Both the position numbers and the translations under genes were made by a program. The notes beneath the pieces were generated by a model. It ran no database searches. It saw only the letters and a list, made by a program, of their open reading frames with translations, and was not told the origin of the DNA. From the NCBI RefSeq assembly GCF_017876815.1, contig NZ_JAGIOS010000004.1, positions 1-32,000 on the forward strand: 32,000 bases of DNA. The letters are read 5' to 3'. Shown piece after piece: positions 1 through 10,900 of the stretch. This stretch comes from Sinorhizobium meliloti. GTDB taxonomy: Bacteria > Pseudomonadota > Alphaproteobacteria > Rhizobiales > Rhizobiaceae. Position 1 is the stretch's first letter. The number at the start of each line of letters is the position of its first letter.

Positions 1-1969
1 CGAGCGACAGCCGCCGCAGACGCTCCATCATTTGAACGGCCAACAATGAGTGGCCGCCGAGTTCGAAGAAGTTGTCGTGGCGCCCGACCTGCTCGACGCC
101 GAGAAGCTCGGCCCAGATCCCGGCCAGCAGCGTCTCGATCTCGCCCTGCGGCGCCTCGTAGGCCCGACGCGCATAGGCATCGTCGTCGGGGACCGGCAGC
201 GCCTTGCGATCGAGCTTGCCGTTCACCGTCAGCGGCAGTGCATCCAGCCGCACGAAGGCCGACGGCACCATGTAGTCCGGCAGCAGGCCACCCAGATGCG
301 CCCGCAACGACGCAGCAAGCCCGGCGCCATCGGCTTCGGCCGACCCGTCCGTCGTCTTCGCAACCACATAGGCGACGAGCCGCTTGTCGCCCGCCGCATC
401 CGCGTGCGCCACCACCGCGGCATCGCCGACAAGCTCATGCTCCAGCAGCCGGGCGGCGATCTCGCCCGGCTCGATGCGGAAGCCGCGGATCTTCACCTGG
501 TCGTCATTGCGGCCCAGAAACTCGAGATTGCCGTCCGGCAGGTAGCGCGCCAGGTCGCCGCTCCGGTACATCCGGGCGCCGGCCTTGCCGCTGAACGGAT
601 CCGCCAGGAACCGCTCCGCCGTCAGATCCGGACGGTTCAGGTAGCCGCGCGCCACCCCCGCCCCGCCGATATAAAGCTCACCAACCGCCCCAAACGGAAC
701 CGGCTGACCATGGCCGTCAAGCACATAAAGCCGCGTGTTCGCAATCGGACGGCCGATCGGCACATACCGGTGAGGCGCCTCAATTCTCGTGTCGGTAAGA
801 AAGGTGGTCGCCCAAATCGTAGTCTCCGTCGGACCATAAAGATTTCTGAGAGATTTTACCCTTCTGCCGAGGTTCGAGGCCAGTTCTGAAGGCAACGCTT
901 CGCCGCCACACAACGCACTTAAATCGGGCGCACCCTCCCAGCCGGCGTCGAAGAGCATACGCCACGCCGCGGGGTCGCCTGCATCACAGTTATCTTCTGA
1001 TGGGATAGATACCGCTGTAATCCAATAACACTGGTTCCGTGAGCAACAACGACGTTAGCTCCCACGGCCAGTGGCAGATAGAGTTCCAGCCCCGCAATGT
1101 CGAAAGAGATCGTCGTGATCGCGAGGAGTGAATCGCGCTCTGTGAGGCCCGATACATCTAAAAGAGCGCGTAGAACATTGAGAACACTTGCATGCTCGAC
1201 CATGACGCCCTTAGGCGTGCCGGTGGATCCCGATGTGTAGATGACATAGGCGAGATTGCGGGCTGTCAGGCCGAGGGCATGCGGGTCGGGATCGTCAGGG
1301 ACTGGTCGGCCCAAGCGGCATGGCCGCATCGAGATCGACCGCGCTCAGATCGGCGATTGCCTCGGCGCCCAACGCCGCGCGGCCGGCGGCGTCGCAAAGC
1401 AGCAGCCGCGGGCCGGCATCGTCGAGCAACTGCCGCAGCCGTTCGCCGGATAGGCCGGGTCGAGCGGCACATAGGCGCCGCCGGCCTTGAGGATCGCCAG
1501 CAGTCCCACCACCATCGCCGGGCTGCGCTCGACGCAGATCGCCACTGGCTGGTCCGGCCTCACCCCGAGCCCGATCAGATGATGGGCCAGCCGGTTGGCA
1601 TCGGCATTGAGCGCGCCATAGGAGATCGACTGCTCTTCGAAGACCAGTGCGACCGCGTCGGCACCCGGCGCACCTGCGCCTCGAACAGCGCATGCACGCA
1701 AAGATCCGACGGATAGTCCGCTTCCGTCCGGTTCAACTCCTCCAGCAGGTAGCTGCGCTCCTCAGCCGGAAGAATGTCGAGCTCGCGCACCGGCCTATCG
1801 GGCGCTTGCTCCAGCGCGTCGACCAGTTGCTCGAGCGCCCGCTGCATATAGCCGCAGATCCGATCGGCGGAGATCGTTCGACCGCATCCGCCGTGAGCCC
1901 CAGCTCCTGACCAAAATCATCCACCGACAATGTCAGCGGGTAGTTGGTCCGTTCCTCGCCCCCAGCCAT
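1..1969 (-). pseudogene. Frameshift-broken, 3'-partial continuation of the same NRPS (module 10: end of C domain, Gly-type A domain, start of T domain); may be a sequencing artefact rather than a true pseudogene
   Basis: Minus-strand fragments 1733..1969, 1575..1847, 1345..1701 and 919..1329, plus an unlisted frame open to nt 1, together reproduce the C-end/A/T sequence of intact module 5 (16159-19431). Continuity is broken by seven 1-nt deletions relative to the other copies, at 971-974, 1298/1299, 1317-1318, 1448-1449, 1660-1661, 1876 and 1959-1963. The GGHS Ser codon is at 47-49. The Ser-to-Ser distance M9-M10 is 3266 nt, exactly 3273 (the M4-M5 distance) minus 7. Confidence 0.85.
758..1191 (-). 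other. A-domain specificity cassette c (copy 3 of 3), Gly, carrying a 1-nt deletion
   Basis: Nucleotide sequence matches 16975-17409 except that the G5 run is G4 at 971-974, shifting the frame ([12 protein letters not shown] instead of [12 protein letters not shown]). Confidence 0.8.
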
Positions 1970-4900
1970 TCCATGCCGGACAGCACGTCGCTTGTTCCCT
2001 CGCCGGCCATGGCCGGCGTGTTGTGGCGATAGTTCAGCAGCGCACTGAACAGTGGCGCTGGTGCGGCAATATCGCAGCAGCGTTGCGCCAATGCCAGCGA
2101 GGCATGCTCGTGTGAGAGCAATTCGGCCAGACGGGCGTGGGCGATACGCACACTTTCCTCGACCCCGGTCTCATCCAGATCCAGCCGCAACGGCAAGGTA
2201 TTCATGAACAAGCCCATGGCACGGTCGGCGCCGGCACCCGCATGCATGCGGCCGAACAGCACCGTGCCGAACACCACCTGCTCGCGCCCGCTGCTCAGCG
2301 CCACCACCTGGGCCCAGGCCAGATGGCAAAGGCTAGCCAGACTCACCCCCAGCCGCCGCGCCTGGTGGCGCAGCCGATCGTTGAGCGCCTGCGGCAGCAT
2401 CCGCCGTGCCTCGCGGGATCCGCGGCCGTCGCCGTAGACCTCGCTCAGAGCGAACGGCAGGGTCGGCTCGTCGATGTCGGCCAGCATCTCCCGGAAGAAC
2501 GCTTCATGCGCTTTGGCATCCATGCCAAGCCGCGCCTGCGCCACCAGGTTGCGGAACGGCTGCGGCGCTGCAAGCTCATGCGCGCGCCCCTGCAGCACGG
2601 CCCGGACCTCGGCATGCATCACTTCGGCCGTCGTATGATCGCCGATCAGATGGTGCTGCAACACCAAAAGCAGCCAGCGCCCACTGCCCGGTTCGCGCGC
2701 GATCACGAACCGCATCAGCGGCGCCCGGCCAAGGTCGAGACGGTACTGGCGCGGATCGAACCGCCGCCTGAGCTCATCGGCGCCGGAACCATCACAGCCC
2801 TCCAGCTCGACCTCGAGCACATCCAAGGCCGCCTTGCGCCAGACAACCTGCGCCGGGCTCGACAGACCCTCCCAGACAAAGGCCGTGCGCAGAATGTCGT
2901 GGCGGTCGACCACCTGTTGAACCGCAGCAAGGTAGCGATCGAGCACACCCCGCTCGGCAAAGGCCATCTGCGACATCAGGAGATAGGGGTCACCCTGGGT
3001 TGCCAGCAAATGATGGAACAGAATGCCGTCCTGCAGCGGCGACAGGCCATAGATATCCTGGATATTGCCGACGCCGCCGGGCACCGTCGACACGATCCGG
3101 TCGATCTCCGGTTGGGTAAGATCGATCAGCGGCAGCATCTGCGGCGTGATCGCCGTACTCTGTTCCGTGATCGGGTTGGCAGGCACCTCCACCTCCCGGT
3201 GGCTGCCAAGACTGGCGGCCAGATCGGCAAGCATCGGCTTTGCAAATACGGTGCGAACCTCGACCCCGAGCGACAGCCGCCGCAGACGCTCCATCATTTG
3301 AACGGCCAACAATGAGTGGCCGCCGAGCTCGAAGAAGTTGTCGTGGCGCCCGACCTGCTCGACGCCGAGAAGCTCGGCCCAGATCCCGGCCAGCAGCGTC
3401 TCGATCTCGCCCTGCGGCGCCTCGTAGGCCCGACGCGCATAGGCATCGTCGTCGGGGACCGGCAGCGCCTTGCGGTCGAGCTTGCCGTTCACCGTCAGCG
3501 GCAGTGCATCCAGCCGCACGAAGGCCGACGGCACCATGTAGTCCGGTAGCAGGCCACCCAGATGCGCCCGCAACGACGCAGCAAGCCCGGCGCCATCGGC
3601 TTCGGCCGACCCGTCCGTCGTCTTCGCAACCACATAGGCGACGAGCCGCTTGTCGCCCGCCGCATCCGCGTGCGCCACCACCGCGGCATCGCCGACAAGC
3701 TCATGCTCCAGCAGCCGGGCGGCGATCTCGCCCGGCTCGATGCGGAAGCCGCGGATCTTCACCTGGTCGTCATTGCGGCCCAGAAACTCGAGATTGCCGT
3801 CCGGCAGGTAGCGCGCCAGGTCGCCGCTCCGGTACATCCGGGCGCCGGCCTTGCCGCTGAACGGATCCGCCAGGAACCGCTCCGCCGTCAGATCCGGACG
3901 GTTCAGGTAGCCGCGCGCCACCCCCGCCCCGCCGATATAAAGCTCACCAACCGCCCCAAACGGAACCGGCTGACCATGGCCGTCCAGCAGATAGATCCGC
4001 GTGTTCGAGATCGGACGCCCGATCGTTTCGACAACAGCCTGTCCCCTCGGCATGCAAATCCAAGTCGAGTACGTCGTTGTCTCCGAAGGGGCGTACAGAT
4101 TGCAAATCTTCTGGACGCGCGTGCTCTCGAATATCCTCTCGATTAGGTCTGCCTTCACCCGCTCGCCCGCCAAATTGATGACGCTTGCCGATGCCGGCAC
4201 GGCTTTCTGGTTGACCAGAGCGGTGATCGCCGAGGGGACCGTGTTGATCAAGGAGGCATCCACGGGCGTTCGGGCCAGCTTCAGTGCATCCTCGACGAGG
4301 TACAGCTTGCTTCCCTGCGAAAGCGGAAGGAAACACTCGTAAACGGACAGATCAAAACAGACCGAGGTCGAGAACAGCGTGCGCCTGATCTCTGATTCGG
4401 CAAACACGCCGCCACTCCAATGCAGCAGGTTCACTGTGTTCCGATGCTCGACCATGACGCCCTTAGGCGTGCCGGTGGATCCCGATGTGTAGATGACATA
4501 GGCGAGATTGCGGGCTGTCAGGCCGAGGGCATGCGGGTCGGGATCGTCAGCGGACTGGTCGGCCCAGGCGGGCATGGCCGTATCGAGATCGACCGCGCTC
4601 AGATCGGCGATTGCCTCGGCGCCCAACGCCGCGCGGCCGGCGGCGTCGCAAAGCAGCAGCCGCGGGCCGGCATCGTCGAGCAACTGCCGCAGCCGTTCGC
4701 CGGGATAGGCCGGGTCGAGCGGCACATAGGCGCCGCCGGCCTTGAGGATCGCCAGCAGTCCCACCACCATCGCCGGGCTGCGCTCGACGCAGATCGCCAC
4801 TGGCTGGTCCGGCCTCACCCCGAGCCCGATCAGATGATGGGCCAGCCGGTTGGCATCGGCATTGAGCGCGCCATAGGAGATCGACTGCTCTTCGAAGACC

Positions 4901-7900
4901 AGTGCGACCGCGTCGGGCACCCGGCGCACCTGCGCCTCGAACAGCGCATGCACGCAAAGATCCGACGGATAGTCCGCTTCCGTCCGGTTCAACTCCTCCA
5001 GCAGGTAGCTGCGCTCCTCAGCCGGAAGAATGTCGAGCTCGCGCACCGGCCTATCGGGCGCTTGCTCCAGCGCGTCGACCAGTTGCTCGAGCGCCCGCTG
5101 CATATAGCCGCAGATCCGATCGGCGGAGATCGGTTCGACCGCATCCGCCGTGAGCCCCAGCTCCTGACCAAAATCATCCACCGACAATGTCAGCGGGTAG
5201 TTGGTCCGTTCCTCGTCCCCCAGCCATTCCATGCCGGACAGCACGTCGCTTGTTCCCTCGCCGGCCATGGCCGGCGTGTTGTGGCGATAGTTCAGCAGCG
5301 CACTGAACAGTGGCGCTGGTGCGGCAATATCGCTGCAGCGTTGCGCCAATGCCAGCGAGGCATGCTCGTGTGAGAGCAATTCGGCCAGACGGGCGTGGGC
5401 GATACGCACACTTTCCTCGACCCCGGTCTCATCCAGATCCAGCCGCAACGGCAAGGTATTCATGAACAAGCCCATGGCACGGTCGGCGCCGGCACCCGCA
5501 TGCATGCGGCCGAACAGCACCGTGCCGAACACCACCTGCTCGCGCCCGCTGCTCAGCGCCACCACCTGGGCCCAGGCCAGATGGCAAAGGCTAGCCAGAC
5601 TCACCCCCAGCCGCCGCGCCTGGTGGCGCAGCCGATCGTTGAGCGCCTGCGGCAGCATCCGCCGTGCCTCGCGGGATCCGCGGCCGTCGCCGTAGACCTC
5701 GCTCAGAGCGAACGGCAGGGTCGGCTCGTCGATGTCGGCCAGCATCTCCCGGAAGAACGCTTCATGCGCTTTGGCATCCATGCCAAGCCGCGCCTGCGCC
5801 ACCAGGTTGCGGAACGGCTGCGGCGCTGCAAGCTCATGCGCGCGCCCCTGCAGCACGGCCCGGACCTCGGCATGCATCACTTCGGCCGTCGTATGATCGC
5901 CGATCAGATGGTGCTGCAACACCAAAAGCAGCCAGCGCCCACTGCCCGGTTCGCGCGCGATCACGAACCGCATCAGCGGCGCCCGGCCAAGGTCGAGACG
6001 GTACTGGCGCGGATCGAACCGCCGCCTGAGCTCATCGGCGCCGGAACCATCACAGCCCTCCAGCTCGACCTCGAGCACATCCAAGGCCGCCTTGCGCCAG
6101 ACAACCTGCGCCGGGCTCGACAGACCCTCCCAGACAAAGGCCGTGCGCAGAATGTCGTGGCGGTCGACCACCTGTTGAACCGCAGCAAGGTAGCGATCGA
6201 GCACACCCCGCTCGGCAAAGGCCATCTGCGACATCAGGAGATAGGGGTCACCCTGGGTTGCCAGCAAATGATGGAACAGAATGCCGTCCTGCAGCGGCGA
6301 CAGGCCATAGATATCCTGGATATTGCCGACGCCGCCGGGCACCGTCGACACGATCCGGTCGATCTCCGGTTGGGTAAGATCGATCAGCGGCAGCATCTGC
6401 GGCGTGATCGCCGTACTCTGTTCCGTGATCGGGTTGGCAGGCACCGCCACCTCCCGGTGGCTGCCAAGACTGGCGGCCAGATCGGCAAGCATCGGCTTTG
6501 CAAATACGGTGCGAACCTCGACCCCGAGCGACAGCCGCCGCAGACGCTCCATCATTTGAACGGCCAACAATGAGTGGCCGCCGAGTTCGAAGAAGTTGTC
6601 GTGGCGCCCGACCTGCTCGACGCCGAGAAGCTCGGCCCAGATCCCGGCCAGCAGCGTCTCGATCTCGCCCTGCGGCGCCTCGTAGGCCCGACGCGCATAG
6701 GCATCGTCGTCGGGGACCGGCAGCGCCTTGCGGTCGAGCTTGCCGTTCACCGTCAGCGGCAGTGCATCCAGCCGCACGAAGGCCGACGGCACCATGTAGT
6801 CCGGTAGCAGGCCACCCAGATGCGCCCGCAACGACGCAGCAAGCCCGGCGCCATCGGCTTCGGCCGACCCGTCCGTCGTCTTCGCAACCACATAGGCGAC
6901 GAGCCGCTTGTCGCCCGCCGCATCCGCGTGCGCCACCACCGCGGCATCGCCGACAAGCTCATGCTCCAGCAGCCGGGCGGCGATCTCGCCCGGCTCGATG
7001 CGGAAGCCGCGGATCTTCACCTGGTCGTCATTGCGGCCCAGAAACTCGAGATTGCCGTCCGGCAGGTAGCGCGCCAGGTCGCCGCTCCGGTACATCCGGG
7101 CGCCGGCCTTGCCGCTGAACCGATCCGCCAGGAACCGCTCCGCCGTCAGATCCGGACGGTTCAGGTAGCCGCGCGCCACCCCCGCCCCGCCGATATAAAG
7201 CTCACCAACCGCCCCAAACGGGACGGGTGCGCCATGACCGTCAAGCACATAAAGCCGCGTGTTCGCAATCGGACGGCCGATCGGGATTGACGTAAGGCCT
7301 TCTACGTCGCCCGTTATTTCGAATGCGGCGCATCCAACGGTGGCCTCTGTCGGACCAAAATGGTTGATCAGGCGCACATTTGGAAAACGCCGCTGCCAAA
7401 GTTGCATGTCTGCTGGAACCAGCGATTCGCCACCAACCATAAGTGCTTTAGTTGGAGGTTGTCCCTCGTTATCATCAATCTTTTTGTTAAGAATGCTCAG
7501 ATGCGAGGGAGTAACTTTAACCAAGTCGAAGGCTTGTCCCTTCTTCAATTCACCGAGAGAGATAATTTGGACAGTTGGATCTAGAAGATGAAGTTTCGTT
7601 CCCGCCAACAGCGGACCGAATAGGGTCGTAACGATGCCATCAAAACTCATTGAATGCGTTACAGGCGAGCCGTTGGACGTTCTTTTGTAAAAGCTTCGAT
7701 TTGACCACTGCAAATAGTTCGACAAGTGTTGATGCTCGACCATGACGCCCTTAGGCGTGCCGGTGGATCCCGATGTGTAGATGACATAGGCGAGATTGCG
7801 GGCTGTCAGGCCGAGGGCATGCGGGTCGGGATCGTCAGCGGACTGGTCGGCCCAGGCGGGCATGGCTGCATCGAGATCGACCGCGCTCAGATCGGCGATT

Positions 7901-10900
7901 GCCTCGGCGCCCAACGCCGCGCGACCGGCGGCGTCGCAAAGCAGCAGCCGCGGGCCGGCATCGTCGAGCAACTGCCGCAGCCGTTCGCCGGGATAGGCCG
8001 GGTCGAGCGGCACATAGGCGCCGCCGGCCTTGAGGATCGCCAGCAGTCCCACCACCATCGCCGGGCTGCGCTCGACGCAGATCGCCACTGGCTGGTCCGG
8101 CCTCACCCCGAGCCCGATCAGATGATGGGCCAGCCGGTTGGCATCGGCATTGAGCGCGCCATAGGAGATCGACTGCTCTTCGAAGACCAGTGCGACCGCG
8201 TCGGGCACCCGGCGCACCTGCGCCTCGAACAGCGCATGCACGCAAAGATCCGACGGATAGTCCGCTTCCGTCCGGTTCAACTCCTCCAGCAGGTAGCTGC
8301 GCTCGTCGGGAGGCAGGATGTCCAGCTCGGACACCGGCTGCTCGGCATCGGCAAGCATCGCCCGCAGCAGCGCCAGCAGATAACCACATTGCCGCTCGAT
8401 CGTCGCCCGGTCGAACAACGCCGTCGCATAACCGAGAGTCCCGGCGATGGCCTCGCCCTGCTCTCCCAGGTTCAGTTCCAGATCGAACTTGACCTGATCG
8501 AGCCCCTCGCCCGCAGCCTCCACCTGCAGCCCCGGCAGGTCCAATGACCCGCCGGTGTTGTTCTGCCAGGCCAGTCCCACCTGGAACAACGGCGTGTGAC
8601 CGAGAGCCCGGGGCGGCTGGACGATCTCCACCACCTGCTCGAACGGCAGGTCCTGATGATCCTGCGCAGTCAAGGCCGCGCGCCGCGCCCGTTCCAGGAG
8701 ATCGGACACGCTCGGCTCGCCCGACAGATCGATTCGAACCGCCAGGGTGTTGACGAAGAAACCGATTAGATCCTCGATCTCGCGGCGACGACGATTGGCC
8801 GTCGGCACACCGATCACGATATCGTCCTGCCCGGACAGGCGCGACAGCACCGCAGCCCAGGCCGCCAGCACTGTCATGAACAACGTCGTGCCATGCTGCC
8901 GGCTCAGCCGCTTGAGCCCGCGCGTCAGAGCCTCATCGATGATAACCGGCACGCTGGCTCCGGCAAACGACTGCTGTGCCGGCCGCGGCCGGTCCGTCGG
9001 CAGCGCCAGACGGGCCGGGGCGCCAGACAGGGTGTCGCGCCAATACTGCGCCTGACGCTGCAGCCGCTCGCCGGACAACCATTGCCGTTGCCAGGCGGCA
9101 TAATCCGGATACTGGATCGCCAGCGGCGGCAAAGGATCGTCCTCTCCAGCCTCAAACGCGCGGTAAAGGCTGCTGAGCTCGCGCACCAGCACCCCCATCG
9201 ACCAGCCGTCCGAGACTATGTGATGCTGCGTCAGCAGAAAGACGTGCTCCTCATCCGCCAGCCGGATCAGCCGGCCGCGGATCAGCGGCTCGCGCGCCAG
9301 ATCGAACGGCGTGCGCGCCTCTTCTTGGCACAGATCCAAAAGCGCGGCTTGCGCATCCGGCCTGTCCCGCAGATCGTGCTCGACCACCGGCAATCCCCTG
9401 TCCCCGGACAAAATCTGGACCTGCGGGTCATCCTCTCCGGCGACGAACGTGCAGCGCAGCGCCTCGTGACGGGCAAACAGGCGGTCAAGGCTGCGCCGCC
9501 AGGCGACACGGTCGAGTCTGCCCTGCAGTCGCCACCCCAGGGGAATGTTATAGTTCGTGCTGTCTTCGTCCAACTGTGCCAAGAACCAGAGACGCTGCTG
9601 CGAATAGGACAGCGGAAGCGCACCATCACGTCCGACTGGCATGATGACCGGTGCTGTCTGCGCACCAGAACCGTTCAGCACTTCGCCAACACTTAGCGCC
9701 AAATCGGCCAATGTTGGCTTGGCGAACAGGATCGCCAGCGGCAGCTCCACTGCCAAGGCCTCGGTCAGCCGGACGAGCACGCGCACCGCCAACAATGAGT
9801 GGCCGCCGAGCTCGAAGAAGTTGTCGTGGCGCCCGACCTGCTCGACGCCGAGAAGCTCGGCCCAGATCCCGGCCAGCAGCGTCTCGATCTCGCCCTGCGG
9901 CGCCTCGTAGGCCCGACGCGCATAGGCATCGTCGTCGGGGACCGGCAGCGCCTTGCGGTCGAGCTTGCCGTTCACCGTCAGCGGCAGTGCATCCAGCCGC
10001 ACGAAGGCCGACGGCACCATGTAGTCCGGTAGCAGGCCACCCAGATGCGCCCGCAACGACGCAGCAAGCCCGGCGCCATCGGCTTCGGCCGACCCGTCCG
10101 TCGTCTTCGCAACCACATAGGCGACGAGCCGCTTGTCGCCCGCCGCATCCGCGTGCGCCACCACCGCGGCATCGCCGACAAGCTCATGCTCCAGCAGCCG
10201 GGCGGCGATCTCGCCCGGCTCGATGCGGAAGCCGCGGATCTTCACCTGGTCGTCATTGCGGCCCAGAAACTCGAGATTGCCGTCCGGCAGGTAGCGCGCC
10301 AGGTCGCCGCTCCGGTACATCCGGGCGCCGGCCTTGCCGCTGAACGGATCCGCCAGGAACCGCTCCGCCGTCAGATCCGGACGGTTCAGGTAGCCGCGCG
10401 CCACCCCCGCCCCGCCGATATAAAGCTCACCAACCGCCCCAAACGGAACCGGCTGACCATGGCCGTCCAGCAGATAGATCCGCGTGTTCGAGATCGGACG
10501 CCCGATCGTTTCGACAACAGCCTGTCCCCTCGGCATGCAAATCCAAGTCGAGTACGTCGTTGTCTCCGAAGGGGCGTACAGATTGCAAATCTTCTGGACG
10601 CGCGTGCTCTCGAATATCCTCTCGATTAGGTCTGCCTTCACCCGCTCGCCCGCCAAATTGATGACGCTTGCCGATGCCGGCACGGCTTTCTGGTTGACCA
10701 GAGCGGTGATCGCCGAGGGGACCGTGTTGATCAAGGAGGCATCCACGGGCGTTCGGGCCAGCTTCAGTGCATCCTCGACGAGGTACAGCTTGCTTCCCTG
10801 CGAAAGCGGAAGGAAACACTCGTAAACGGACAGATCAAAACAGACCGAGGTCGAGAACAGCGTGCGCCTGATCTCTGATTCGGCAAACACGCCGCCACTC

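Larger units (their letters stand above)
1..3207 (-). other. NRPS module M10: C(HHLIGDH type)-A(cassette c, Gly)-T(partial), interrupted by 7 single-base deletions
   Basis: C ~1813-3061 (HHLIGDH 2635-2655). A ~194-1709 (A3 1207-1239; cassette c 758-1191). T 1-148, partial (Ser codon 47-49; the first codons after Ser are of the AVQMMERL type). The frame is lost at 1959-1963 and six further sites. Confidence 0.85.

Noticed and set aside
46-594. Arg/Pro/Ala-rich plus-strand ORFs of 180-230 aa (46..594, 3240..3860, 9651..10343 and others) and the many 60-130-aa ORFs on both strands
   Set aside because: Low-complexity translations in frames overlapping the strongly motif-supported NRPS frame. They recur only because the underlying DNA is repeated, and none has an independent coding signal.
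1933-1963. Programmed ribosomal frameshifting or transcriptional slippage at the C-run 1959-1963 to bridge the ORF break
   Set aside because: Six further independent 1-nt deletions follow within 1 kb, so one recoding event would not restore the protein. There is no slippery heptamer or pseudoknot context. Sequencing error or decay is more parsimonious.
919-1969. Minus-strand ORFs 919..1329, 1345..1701, 1575..1847 and 1733..1969 as separate small genes
   Set aside because: Their translations are consecutive pieces of the standard C-end/A-domain sequence seen intact in modules 5 and 6. They are fragments created by single-base deletions, not independent genes.
2137-3315. 392-aa plus-strand ORF ([14 protein letters not shown]...), repeated at 5395, 15088, 18361, 21619, 24898 and 28177, which could look like a multi-copy gene
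   Set aside because: It lies exactly antisense to the HHLIGDH-type condensation domain of the minus-strand NRPS. Its translation is Arg/His/Pro/Gln-rich with no recognisable motif. Long stop-free antisense frames are expected in ~67 % GC coding DNA. Its copy number simply mirrors the module repeats.
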